A DNA stretch of 62,710 bases from Nitrospirae bacterium GWC2_57_13 (GTDB lineage Bacteria > Nitrospirota > UBA9217), in NCBI GenBank assembly GCA_001805055.1, contig MHDZ01000090.1, positions 1 to 62,710 on the forward strand, written 5' to 3'. The translations under genes were made by a program, and so were the position numbers. The notes under the pieces were generated by a model, which ran no database searches, had not been told where the DNA came from, and saw only the letters and a list, made by a program, of their open reading frames with translations. Positions 27,368-36,453 of the stretch are shown piece after piece. How positions within the stretch are numbered: position 1 is the stretch's first letter; every line of letters starts with the position of its first letter.

Positions 27368-28032
27368 TCAGCTCACGCGCCGTTCAGCGGTCTTTTCCAC
27401 TATGAAGGCATCGAGGGCCGCTTTTTCTTCAGGCCGCAGGTCCAGGAACCTGATGCCGTAGCGGTTCGTCTTATCATCGTATCCGGCAGGCTGGTTCTTC
27501 TCCCGAACGACCTCGCAGGCTGATCTAATCTGCTGTCTCCCGGGGAGGTAGAAGGAGCAGGAAACCCGTGTGCCGATCTCGAGGGGCTGTTCCGTCTCGA
27601 TCAGGAGCCCCGGGGGCCGGTGGCGTCGATCGTAACGCTCAACAGAACACGATATGCGGTCCTTGCAGAGATACTGAGAAGCTGGCGTACGGCCTGGGTA
27701 AAGCGGTCAACGGGCACAGGCTTGATCATGACAGCGTTGGCCCGGCATCCGGCGCCAAAGTCAAGGGCGGTTGCCTCATCCTGGCACAGGATGATGACCG
27801 AAACTTTCGATAGGTTGTGATCGTCCCGGACGAAGGAGCAGAATTTTCGCGTGTCCAGATTGTCCTGCTGAAGATGGACCGCGATCAGATGACGAGGGAT
27901 CATCTCTGCGGCATTTACGGCAGACCGGACCGTCCCGATGTCCGCATTTCTTTCCAGGCAACACGGGAATTCTGCGGGGCATCATCTGGCGAGGCCCTGC
28001 AGCTGCCGGGCGAGCTTGAGATCCTGACCGCT
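27368..28032 (-). pseudogene. Degraded receiver + PilZ gene, divergent paralog of 28090..28851
   Basis: The receiver-like frame (…AEMIPRHLIAVHL…VIILC…NAVMIKPV…RTAYRVLLSV) ends at GPRGS*. The PilZ core (GLLIETEQPLEIGTRVSCSFYLPG…YGIRFLDL…) continues in another frame across the run at 27608-27616. There is an in-frame TGA at 27982-27984 and no start codon. Confidence 0.55.
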
Positions 28033-28089
28033 TCAGAGGCATACTAGAAGCGATCAGCATTCTTCTATTGAAGGCGGAGGGTAAGGCAG

Positions 28090-28851
28090 ATGGCGGAATG
28101 CGCCGTTGGGGACACAGGGGTCAGGGACGACAGGAAAAGCAGATTCGTGCTGGTGGTGGACAGTAACCCTGCGGAGCGCAATTACACCAGCATCATCCTG
28201 CAGCGGTTCGAATACAGCGTCTGTACCGCGGCAACAGTGGAGGAGGCGCTCGAATCCATGGCAGTTGCTGTTCCGGCCCTAGTCATTTCCGACGCAGCCC
28301 TGCAGGAGAAGAGCGGCCTTGATCTACTGGGCACGATGCGGCAGCGGGAGGGCCTGAAGGACATTCCCCTGATCTTCCTTTCCTCTTTTACCGATCCCGG
28401 CATGGAGGAGCAGTGCCACTTCGCCGGGTGCGCCGATTATCTCCGGAAACCCGTAACAGCCCAGGAACTCTACCGGGCAGTGCAGCTGGTGCTGGAGCCG
28501 GTGCCGCGCAAAAGCATCCGGATCGCTGCGTACTTGAAGGCCGATATAGGCGGAACTCCTGCAGGCATTGCCGAATATGCCTCGGTGTTATCCGAGAACG
28601 GCATGTTCGTGCGGACTTCAGCGACCCGGCCCGTGGGCACGGTGCTTCCCGTGAGCCTTATGATCAGGGGCAAGACCCTGCAGGTCGAGGCGATGGTGAT
28701 CTATAGCTACGGTTTTGGAGGTTATCCCTACAAGGAGCCCGGAATGGGCCTGAAGTTTGAGAGCATTTCACCTGCCGACAGGGCGGTCATAGGAGACTTC
28801 ATCATTGACCAGATCGTTACCGGCCTCGCAGACCCCGGCAAAAAAGAATAG
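28090..28851 (+). CDS. Response-regulator receiver + PilZ domain protein
   Basis: FVLVVDSN, LVISDAAL and DYLRKP receiver motifs, then a PilZ-like RKSIRIAAY…ENGMFVRT…GMGLKFES. Confidence 0.8.
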   Translation: MAECAVGDTGVRDDRKSRFVLVVDSNPAERNYTSIILQRFEYSVCTAATVEEALESMAVAVPALVISDAALQEKSGLDLLGTMRQREGLKDIPLIFLSSFTDPGMEEQCHFAGCADYLRKPVTAQELYRAVQLVLEPVPRKSIRIAAYLKADIGGTPAGIAEYASVLSENGMFVRTSATRPVGTVLPVSLMIRGKTLQVEAMVIYSYGFGGYPYKEPGMGLKFESISPADRAVIGDFIIDQIVTGLADPGKKE

Positions 28852-28933
28852 CGAAGGCACGCAGGCATTGTCCGTGCCCGAGGTCTTGTCCTCCACGTGG
28901 AATGCAATACAGAACGATACCAGTTGACCTTCA

Positions 28934-28970
28934 CCCGCAGTCGTCCCGCGTCGCGCGGGACGACTGCGGG
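28934..28970. terminator. Perfect 17-bp inverted repeat between convergent genes
   Basis: CCCGCAGTCGTCCCGCG-TCG-CGCGGGACGACTGCGGG. There is no clear T tract. It carries the GTCCCGC word seen in other intergenic hairpins. Confidence 0.4.
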
Positions 28971-29016
28971 TCGCGTTGTTACATCATGCCCTGGCGTGAC
29001 TGCCGCAGGGGCTCCA

Positions 29017-29943
29017 CTATTTCATTCGTTGCCGCACGATTTCATACAAAAAAACAGCTGCTGAAACAGCCACATTCAGAGAGTCGATCGTTTCGGCCAT
29101 GGGTATGCGGACGCGCTGATCCATAGAGTTCAGGACATCGTCCGGCAGTCCCGAGCCTTCCTGGCCGAGAAGTACGGCGGTCGGTTTTTTGAGGTCAAGC
29201 TCAACATGGGTTGTTCCTCCGGCCAGGGACAGCGCTACGGTCTGAAATCCCCTCTCTGTGCACTTCCTGATGAAACCCGGTGTATCATTGATCCGCGCCA
29301 TCGGCAGACGAAGTATACTGCCCATCGAGGCGCGGACGGTCTTTGCATTGAAGGGGTCCACGGTGTTCGACGTGATGGCGAGGCCCGCAGCGCCAACGGC
29401 CTCGCAGGTCCGGATGAGGGTACCCAGATTTCCGGGGTCCTGAAGCTGGTGCGCAATGACGATGATGCCCGACGGATGGTCCAGGAGCCGGCCCTCGTTC
29501 TGCTCCCGCATCTTAATGACGGCCATGACGGGCTGGGGTGTCTTGTTTTCCGAGAGGGCATCGAGCAGCTTGTCCGATATCCAGAGGATCTCGCAGGAGT
29601 GGTCTTCGGCAAGCTTAAGCAGTGCCTTGCCGTGGCGCCTGACAAGGGACGGCGCAGCGACGACCAGGGAGACGCCGGCGTTGCCGCGCAGAGCCTCCTC
29701 GACCATCTTGACGCCCTCGATCAAAAAGGCCTGTTCGTTCTTCCGGTGCTTGGGATCGTGCAGTGAGCGAAGCTGCTTTACCTTGCTGTTCTCTTTGCTT
29801 GTTATTGGTTGATGAGGGCTGGACTGCTGCATGGGGGAGTATACCATAACGCGGCCTGAGGGCCGCAATTTAAAATTGTAAATTTCAAAGTACAAATTTG
29901 AGGTATGGCTCGAGGCCATGATGTCATACATTCTCGTAATCAC
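29017..29943 (-). CDS. TrmH/SpoU-family RNA 2'-O-methyltransferase
   Basis: Substrate-binding N-domain (FLIEGVKMVEEAL) and SpoU motifs (QDPGNLGTLIRT, LLGQEGSGL, IPM...SLNVAVSAAV). The true start is probably downstream of 29943. Confidence 0.85.
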   Translation of the reverse strand: MITRMYDIMASSHTSNLYFEIYNFKLRPSGRVMVYSPMQQSSPHQPITSKENSKVKQLRSLHDPKHRKNEQAFLIEGVKMVEEALRGNAGVSLVVAAPSLVRRHGKALLKLAEDHSCEILWISDKLLDALSENKTPQPVMAVIKMREQNEGRLLDHPSGIIVIAHQLQDPGNLGTLIRTCEAVGAAGLAITSNTVDPFNAKTVRASMGSILRLPMARINDTPGFIRKCTERGFQTVALSLAGGTTHVELDLKKPTAVLLGQEGSGLPDDVLNSMDQRVRIPMAETIDSLNVAVSAAVFLYEIVRQRMK

Positions 29944-30104
29944 GCCTGCTGTGCCCCGCTAATGCGCGGGGCAGGTCTGAGAATAAAGAGCATAGACCGG
30001 ACACGGACGGACAGGGATTAAAATAGCAGGGGGCGTACCGCTAAAGAAGAAACCGCCGATCATTATTCCCAGAGGCAAGGCAGCCAAGCGAGACGAAAAA
30101 ATAC

Positions 30105-30133
30105 TTGACAAGAATGGTCAGGTTTGATATTGT
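30105..30133 (+). promoter_or_regulatory. Putative sigma70-type promoter of the isc operon
   Basis: TTGACA-17 nt-TATTGT, about 70 nt upstream of the iscR-like ATG. Confidence 0.45.
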
Positions 30134-30203
30134 GAGAAAAGGAAGTATGTAAGATGAATTTGGTCCTTTTTTATGACGTTTGCGGCGCAGAGAATTCAAG
30201 CTC

Positions 30204-30671
30204 ATGAAGCTTTCAACCAAGGGAAAATACGGTGTCCGGGCGGTCTTCGAAGTGGCCAAGCACTTCGGCCAGGGACCGATCACCATTAAAGAGATCGCCG
30301 AGCGGCAGGGGATATCGTTCTCCTATCTTGAACAGATATTGAACCGCCTCGGAAGAGCGGGAGTTATAGAAAGCGTGCGGGGACCGGGTGGAGGGTATCT
30401 TCTGGGAGGAAAGCCCTCTGACCTGACCGTAGGTGACGTGGTCCGCGCCCTGGAAGGGCCCATTGCCCTGTCACACTGTCTGGAGCCGGGAGACTTGGGC
30501 GAGTGCCATCAGGCCGATGACTGCGTGGCCCGTATGGTATGGGCCAGAGTGGGAGCGAAGATCGAAGAGGCGTTGGATAGCATCAGCTTTGACGATCTTC
30601 TGCGTCAGTATCAGCCGAAAGAGCTGGTCGCTCTTAAAAGAAAGGCCGCTGCCGGAAAGGGGGCATGTTGA
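30204..30671 (+). CDS. iscR: Rrf2-family transcriptional regulator (IscR-like)
   Basis: MKLSTKGKYGVRAVFEVAK wHTH N-terminus. A three-Cys cluster (CLEPGDLGECHQADDC) is spaced like IscR ligands. Confidence 0.8.
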   Translation: MKLSTKGKYGVRAVFEVAKHFGQGPITIKEIAERQGISFSYLEQILNRLGRAGVIESVRGPGGGYLLGGKPSDLTVGDVVRALEGPIALSHCLEPGDLGECHQADDCVARMVWARVGAKIEEALDSISFDDLLRQYQPKELVALKRKAAAGKGAC

Positions 30672-31849
30672 TCGTGAGGAAAGTCTATCTTGACCATGCA
30701 GCAACGACGCCGACCCACCCGAAAGTGGTGGAGGCGATGCTTCCGTACTTCACGGAGCGGTTCGGCAATCCGTCGAACCTTCACGACGCCGGTCGAGAGG
30801 CGAAGAACGCCGTTGAGGAGGCACGGGCAAAGACTGCGGCCCTGATCAACGCAAAGCCCGAAGATATCTATTTCACCTCCAGCGGCACGGAATCGAACAA
30901 CTTCGCCCTCAAGGGCATCGCCCAGGCTTACAGTCAGAAGGGAACGCATATCATCGTTTCCCAGATCGAACATTTTTCCGTTCTTCATACGGCCAAGTCT
31001 CTCGAAAAGGCCGGATTCACGGTCACCTATGTCCCGACGGACCCGCAGGGCCTCGTTGACCCGTCCGATGTGGCTAAGGCCATCACGAAGGACACGATAC
31101 TCGTATCCATCATGCACGCCAACAACGAGATCGGCACAATAGAGCCCATCGCGGAGATCGCAAAGATAACGAAGAACAGGGGCGTGCTGTTCCATACCGA
31201 CGCGGTCGCTTCCACGGGCTGGGTTCCGGTGGATGTTAATGCCCTTGGAGTTGATTCGCTGTCGCTCTCGGGGCACCAGTTCTACGGCCCCAAGGGAGCT
31301 GCGGCGTTGTACGTGCGCAAGGGTGTGCGGATCAGGCCGCAGATCGAAGGAGGCGTGCAGGAGGACGGTAGGCGAGGCGGAACGGAGAATGTCCCTGCTA
31401 TCGTCGGACTGGGCGTTGCGGCCGAGATCGCGGCTGCCGAGCTTCCGCGGCGAATGGGCCATGTTGCGGGGCTGCGCGACCGGCTTCAGAAGGGGCTCAC
31501 GGAGCGAATCGAGCACATGGTAGTGAACGGGCATCCGACCCTACGGCTGCCCCACAATCTGAACGTTTCGATGTGGTATGTGGAAGGCGAGTCCATGCTT
31601 TTGTTCCTGAACATGGATGGGGTGTCTGTATCGAGCGGGTCTGCCTGCACGTCGCGGTCGCTCAAGTCTTCCCATGTCCTGACCTGCATTGGGACCGATG
31701 CAGCTGTTGCGAACGGAACGCTGCTCATGACGCTTGGCATGGGAAATACGGAAGGAGACATCGACTTTGTGCTGGAGAAGCTGCCGGCCATCGTGCAGCG
31801 TCTGCGGGAAATGTCGCCTCTCTATGAAGATATGGTAAAGAAAACATAA
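30665..31849 (+). CDS. iscS: Cysteine desulfurase homolog (IscS/NifS class), with Gln at the expected PLP-Lys position
   Basis: YLDHAATTP and the active-site loop SSGSACTS are present. The motif SGHQFYGPKG stands where IscS has SGHKIYGPKG. Confidence 0.85.
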   Translation: MLIVRKVYLDHAATTPTHPKVVEAMLPYFTERFGNPSNLHDAGREAKNAVEEARAKTAALINAKPEDIYFTSSGTESNNFALKGIAQAYSQKGTHIIVSQIEHFSVLHTAKSLEKAGFTVTYVPTDPQGLVDPSDVAKAITKDTILVSIMHANNEIGTIEPIAEIAKITKNRGVLFHTDAVASTGWVPVDVNALGVDSLSLSGHQFYGPKGAAALYVRKGVRIRPQIEGGVQEDGRRGGTENVPAIVGLGVAAEIAAAELPRRMGHVAGLRDRLQKGLTERIEHMVVNGHPTLRLPHNLNVSMWYVEGESMLLFLNMDGVSVSSGSACTSRSLKSSHVLTCIGTDAAVANGTLLMTLGMGNTEGDIDFVLEKLPAIVQRLREMSPLYEDMVKKT

Positions 31850-31863
31850 CGAAGGGGGAAGTC

Positions 31864-32292
31864 ATGGAACAGTACAGTTCAAAAGTAATGGAGCATTTCG
31901 CCAGCCCGCACAATGTGGGCGAGATCGCCGACGCCGACGGCGTGGGTACCGTGGGCAATCCCGTCTGCGGCGACGTGATGCGGCTTTATATCAAGGTGGA
32001 AAAGGATATCATCACCGACGCCAAGTTCAAGACCTTCGGATGCGGCGCTGCCATTGCAACGAGCAGCATGGTCACGGACCTGGTGAAAGGAAAAACGGTG
32101 GGCGAGGCGCTCAAGATATCGAACCAGGCCGTTGCCGAGGCGCTCGGCGGCCTGCCGAAAGTGAAGATGCATTGCTCGGTGCTTGCCGAAGAGGCGCTGA
32201 AGTCGGCTCTTGACGATTACTACAAGAAGCGGGGAAAGCCTTCGCCCGTGAAGCTGCCCGAGAGTGTCGGGCATGAGCATGAGATGGAGTAA
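31864..32292 (+). CDS. iscU: Fe-S cluster scaffold (IscU/NifU N-terminal type)
   Basis: Conserved Cys in GNPVCGD, FGCGAAIA and MHCSVLAEEA. Confidence 0.9.
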   Translation: MEQYSSKVMEHFASPHNVGEIADADGVGTVGNPVCGDVMRLYIKVEKDIITDAKFKTFGCGAAIATSSMVTDLVKGKTVGEALKISNQAVAEALGGLPKVKMHCSVLAEEALKSALDDYYKKRGKPSPVKLPESVGHEHEME

Positions 32293-32344
32293 CCGTAGAT
32301 CCCAAAGCCCACATGACAGATTTTAAATTGGATGAAGGCATATC

Positions 32345-32587
32345 ATGGATTTGAAAGATGTCAAACCCGATGAGGTTCTGGACTGTGTCGCACTTGCCTG
32401 TCCTATGCCGATCTACAAGACGGCGAACAAGATCAAGGAAATGCAGTCCGGCCAGGTGCTTGAAGTTCAGGCCGATGACGACGGGATCGAGAAGGATATG
32501 CCTGCCTGGTGCAAGGCCACAGGACATGAGTATTTGGGCCTGGTAAAGCAGGACGGCGAATATCGGGCGTACGTTCGTAAAAAGTAG
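32345..32587 (+). CDS. tusA: TusA/SirA-like sulfurtransferase
   Basis: 80 aa with LDCVALACPMP (CPxP motif). Confidence 0.75.
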   Translation: MDLKDVKPDEVLDCVALACPMPIYKTANKIKEMQSGQVLEVQADDDGIEKDMPAWCKATGHEYLGLVKQDGEYRAYVRKK

Positions 32588-32614
32588 CTCTTTGGATCAT
32601 CCACTTTCCCCATT

Positions 32615-32650
32615 GCCGACAACTAATACTGGTCGGCTTTTGTTTTTTTC
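32615..32650 (+). terminator. Rho-independent terminator after tusA-like gene
   Basis: GCCGAC-11 nt-GTCGGC followed by TTTTGTTTTTTTC. Confidence 0.7.
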
Positions 32651-32687
32651 TCTTCCCCGCATATCCCCTGTGGTATAATTTAGTTCT

Positions 32688-34214
32688 GTGAAAACGTCGG
32701 TCCTCATCATATCAGCGAATGGTACAGACTGCCGCGTCATCTCCGAGGCGGCGATAGCGCAAGACTGCAGGGTCTCAGTGGTAGACACTGCAGCCGACGC
32801 GCTTTCGTCCCTGGATCGAGAGTGCCCCGCAGTCGTTTTCTGCGACGCTGCTCTCGCCGGGGGCGGGCGGATGCTGCGTTCCATCTCCGAGTCTGCGGTC
32901 CGGACCGGAACCAGTATTCATCTCATCGTGCCTGCGGAGATAAAGCCGGGCATGATCCGCGCCATGCGGCCCTGGGTGCACGATTATCTTTCCACGCCGG
33001 TGCTGCGGGAAGCCGCTTCCGCGAGGATCAAGAATATTCTCCATGTCCGAAGGCTCGAGCAGGCCGCGGAGAGTTCCAGTAACGGAATGTTGACCTGGCT
33101 CGCGCGGCTCGAGAACCTGACACGGTATTTCGAGCCGCTGTCCTATGATGCGTCCCGATCGCAGGATGATCTGGCGCAGCGCATTATTCGTTCAAGGTCT
33201 GGTGACAGGGAGAATCCCGCCTGCTTCATGGTTGCCCGGACCGACGGTGCTGCAGGCCTGGTATGCGATATCTACACCCAGGGGAGTTCCGGAGTCGATC
33301 GGATCGGCAGCGAGGTCACGATGCCTGAAGCGGCCATATTTTATCTCATCAAGGCTGAAGAAGGCGCGACCCATGTGAACTATTCCGACCGGGGCGGCAG
33401 TCTCGCCGATTTTCAGGCCCAGTTCCCGCCGGAGATTCATCAGACCATCGGTACGATCAGGAATATGACGGCCTGCAGGCACGGGGAAGTGTATTTCGTC
33501 GCATTCAACTACGGGCGACCGGTAACCGCACAGGATTCCCTGTTTCTGAAGGGGCTTGCGCTGCCCGGAAGCTTTCTGGCCGTTGTCGCCGGAGACGTGC
33601 AGGACATGTCGAAGTCCTTCCTGGTCATGGTAAAGACGCTCGCCATGGCTACCGATTCCGCCGGGGACAATGGGGCCCATGTGCTGCGGATGAATGAATA
33701 CGCCCGCGCTCTGGCCGAGAGCATGGATCTCCCTGAACGGTTCGTGAAGGCCCTTTCCTACTCGGCGCAGCTGCACGATGTGGGAAAGATCTACATACAT
33801 CCGGATCTTCTCGAAAAACCGCTCCGGCTCACGCACCATGAGTTCGATCTGGTGAAAAAACACACGCTGCTCGGAGCGAATATTATCGGCGACTCTCCCC
33901 TGCTCCGCACAGCGAAGAACATCGCCCTCACCCACCATGAGTGCTGGGACGGCAGCGGCTACCCGGCGGGCCTGACAGGCGACTCCATCCCCCTGGAAGG
34001 AGCCATCGTGAAGGTCGCCGATGTATATGACGCGCTGCGGACCATGCATACCTACAAGCCTTCCTATTCGCACAATGACGCCTGCAGGATCATTCTCGAA
34101 GGGGGCGGCGACGGCCTGCATGAGATCAGACCGGCGCATTTCCATCCCGCCGCACTCCAGATTTTTGGAAAGATATCCCACCAGTTCGATGCGATCTATC
34201 ACGCCGCACCGTAG
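32688..34214 (+). CDS. Pseudo-receiver + HD-GYP domain protein (c-di-GMP phosphodiesterase family)
   Basis: HD (LHDVGKI) and HHECWDGSGYP motifs. The N-terminal receiver-like fold has SAN in place of the acidic pair and T in place of the conserved Lys. GTG start is uncertain. Confidence 0.8.
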   Translation: MKTSVLIISANGTDCRVISEAAIAQDCRVSVVDTAADALSSLDRECPAVVFCDAALAGGGRMLRSISESAVRTGTSIHLIVPAEIKPGMIRAMRPWVHDYLSTPVLREAASARIKNILHVRRLEQAAESSSNGMLTWLARLENLTRYFEPLSYDASRSQDDLAQRIIRSRSGDRENPACFMVARTDGAAGLVCDIYTQGSSGVDRIGSEVTMPEAAIFYLIKAEEGATHVNYSDRGGSLADFQAQFPPEIHQTIGTIRNMTACRHGEVYFVAFNYGRPVTAQDSLFLKGLALPGSFLAVVAGDVQDMSKSFLVMVKTLAMATDSAGDNGAHVLRMNEYARALAESMDLPERFVKALSYSAQLHDVGKIYIHPDLLEKPLRLTHHEFDLVKKHTLLGANIIGDSPLLRTAKNIALTHHECWDGSGYPAGLTGDSIPLEGAIVKVADVYDALRTMHTYKPSYSHNDACRIILEGGGDGLHEIRPAHFHPAALQIFGKISHQFDAIYHAAP

Positions 34215-34322
34215 TCGCTCCCCGCAAACAACTGCATGAAACAGAGATCGTCCTATCTGTGCACGCTCACGCTGTTCAGGTGATCGTCCCGGTTGCCCTG
34301 CGCCCGAATTCAGGCTTTCCGT

Positions 34323-34351
34323 TTGACAATGCCGGGGGGATGGTTTATTAT
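34323..34351 (+). promoter_or_regulatory. Putative sigma70-type promoter upstream of yhaM-like gene
   Basis: TTGACA-17 nt-TATTAT, 24 nt before the ATG region (RBS AGAGGGG). Confidence 0.45.
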
Positions 34352-34374
34352 CAGCCCATTCAGAGGGGTTTACC

Positions 34375-35460
34375 ATGCAGATGATCGCAGCACTCAAAGA
34401 AGGCGACTGGGTAGAAGAGACCTACCTGGTCGTCGCGAAGCAGGTACTGACGGCGAAGAACGGCGTGACCTATCTGTCGCTCAAGCTCGCGGACAAGACG
34501 GGCGAGATCGACGGGAAGATGTGGGACAATGCAGAGGACGCGGCAGGTAAATTCGCACGTGAGGACTTCATCCGTATTAAAGGCGTCGTTTCCAACTATC
34601 AGGGCGCTCTGCAGGTCAAGATGAAGACGCTCGAGCGGATCGATGACGCGAACGTCGATATTTCCAGTTTTGTTCAGTCCTCTTTGCGCGATCCGGACGA
34701 CATGGTAGGCGAACTGCGGGCGATAACGTCGGGGATCACAAACAAGCCGCTGCGGAGGCTGATGGAGGCCTTTTTGAACGACGCTCCCTTTATGGAAGGT
34801 CTGAAGCGCGCGCCGGCGGCGAAAACGATGCATCATAATTATGTAGGTGGACTGCTGGAGCACGTGCTGGAGCTGATCGCTCTCTGCAGGACCCTTTCCG
34901 GCCACTTTCCGGACATAGATGCTGACTTGCTTGCGGTCGGTGCTTTTCTTCATGACATCGGAAAGATACGGGAGATGTCCGTCCGGAAAGCGATCCAGTA
35001 TACCACGGAAGGCAGGCTCATCGGCCACATCTCTCTGGGCTATGAGATGCTGACGGAAAAGATCAACGGACTTCCGGATTTTCCTCTTGAAACCACAATG
35101 CTCCTGAAGCATATCATGCTTTCTCATCACGGTGAATACGAGTTCGGTTCACCCAAGAGGCCCAAGACCCGCGAAGCGCTGATCATCCACTACCTGGACG
35201 ATCTTTCCGCAAAGTTGAACAACTATCAGATCACCATGGCGAAGGAGAGCGTCGGTGAAGGCGAGTGGTCGGCATTCAACAAAATGCATGACCGCTATCT
35301 CTATCGGCAGGCGTCGTCCCCTGCAGTCGCGCCTTCAAATTCCGGCGAACTTCCTGCGACGGGCCTTCATCCCGGCGGTGACGGGAACCAGCCGCGGCGC
35401 GACAAAGCGCAGAAGGATGAAAAAAAAGAACAAACCGGCAAGCTGCCGCTGGATATTTGA
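34375..35460 (+). CDS. yhaM: OB-fold + HD-domain 3'-5' exoribonuclease (YhaM-like)
   Basis: N-terminal OB fold (YLSLKLADKTGEIDGKMWD) and HD domain (HHNYVGGLLEH, FLHDIGK). Confidence 0.75.
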   Translation: MQMIAALKEGDWVEETYLVVAKQVLTAKNGVTYLSLKLADKTGEIDGKMWDNAEDAAGKFAREDFIRIKGVVSNYQGALQVKMKTLERIDDANVDISSFVQSSLRDPDDMVGELRAITSGITNKPLRRLMEAFLNDAPFMEGLKRAPAAKTMHHNYVGGLLEHVLELIALCRTLSGHFPDIDADLLAVGAFLHDIGKIREMSVRKAIQYTTEGRLIGHISLGYEMLTEKINGLPDFPLETTMLLKHIMLSHHGEYEFGSPKRPKTREALIIHYLDDLSAKLNNYQITMAKESVGEGEWSAFNKMHDRYLYRQASSPAVAPSNSGELPATGLHPGGDGNQPRRDKAQKDEKKEQTGKLPLDI

Positions 35461-35500
35461 AAAAGCATCAAAGAACAATTCTCAAATTATAAATTTCCAA

Positions 35501-35547
35501 TTCCGGCCTGTCCCGCTTGCGGGGCTTGTCCGGTGTAAGGGGTATTC
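35501..35547 (+). repeat. Conserved leader hairpin element, copy L2 (upstream of ftsY)
   Basis: TTCCGGCCTGTCCCGCTTGCGGGGCTTGTCCGGTGTAAGGGGTATTC, immediately before the ftsY ATG. Confidence 0.75.
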
Positions 35548-36453
35548 ATGTTGGGCGTTCTGAAAACATTCACTGAGGGGATGGCGAAAACCAGGAAGAC
35601 CTTTGCCGATACGGTCGGCTCGCTCATTCTGGGTGACAAGATAGATGAAGCATTCCTTGAAGAGCTCGAAGAGGCTCTGGTTGCCGCTGATGTAGGAATG
35701 ACAACGGCCGCCGCGGTCCTGACGGACCTTAAGGAGCGGCACAGGCGAAAAGAACTTTCCACTCCCGACGACGTGCGGCTACGGCTGCGGCAGATCCTTC
35801 GGGAGATATTGTCCGCCAGCCATAAGCCGTTTGTGGTATCGGCCGTACCCTTCGTGGTGCTCGTGGTTGGTGTGAACGGGACCGGCAAGACCACGACGAT
35901 TGGAAAGCTCGCAAGCCGTCTCGCAGGCGGGGGGAAGAGCGTGATGCTCGCTGCTGCGGACACCTTCCGGGCAGCAGCTGCCGAGCAGCTTTCGATCTGG
36001 GGCGAGCGGTCCGGCATACCGGTCATCAAACACCGCGAGGGGGCCGATCCCGGTGCCGTGGTCTTTGATGCGCTTGCTGCTGCAAAAGCCCGGTCTGTTG
36101 ACGTTCTGATCGTGGATACGGCCGGCAGACTCCATACCAAATCCAATCTCATGGAAGAGCTGAAGAAGGTGAGGCGCATCCTGGAGCGTGAACTGCCGGG
36201 CGCTCCCCATGAGACGTTGCTTGTCGTCGATGGCACCACGGGCCAGAACGCGCTCGTACAGGCAAGAATGTTCCATGAATCGATTGGCGTGACCGGCCTG
36301 GTGATCACCAAACTGGATGGATCGCCGAAAGGCGGGATCCTCTTCGCCATCGCCAAGGAACTGGGCCTGCCTGTCAAGCTGGTCGGTATCGGAGAGGGGA
36401 TCGAGGACCTGCGGGACTTTGATCCCAAGGAATTTGTCGAAGCACTGTTATGA
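35548..36453 (+). CDS. ftsY: Signal recognition particle receptor FtsY (NG domains only)
   Basis: GVNGTGKTTTIGKLA, DTAGR and TKLDG motifs. Confidence 0.95.
   Translation: MLGVLKTFTEGMAKTRKTFADTVGSLILGDKIDEAFLEELEEALVAADVGMTTAAAVLTDLKERHRRKELSTPDDVRLRLRQILREILSASHKPFVVSAVPFVVLVVGVNGTGKTTTIGKLASRLAGGGKSVMLAAADTFRAAAAEQLSIWGERSGIPVIKHREGADPGAVVFDALAAAKARSVDVLIVDTAGRLHTKSNLMEELKKVRRILERELPGAPHETLLVVDGTTGQNALVQARMFHESIGVTGLVITKLDGSPKGGILFAIAKELGLPVKLVGIGEGIEDLRDFDPKEFVEALL

Noticed and set aside
27982-27984. In-frame TGA in the REC-PilZ remnant as a selenocysteine or recoding site
   Set aside because: Several TGAs and a frameshift occur within a short distance, no SECIS-like hairpin is evident and there is no start codon. 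Decay is the simpler explanation.
33192-34397. 401-aa minus-strand ORF
   Set aside because: It is antisense to the HD-GYP gene, whose motifs are unambiguous.
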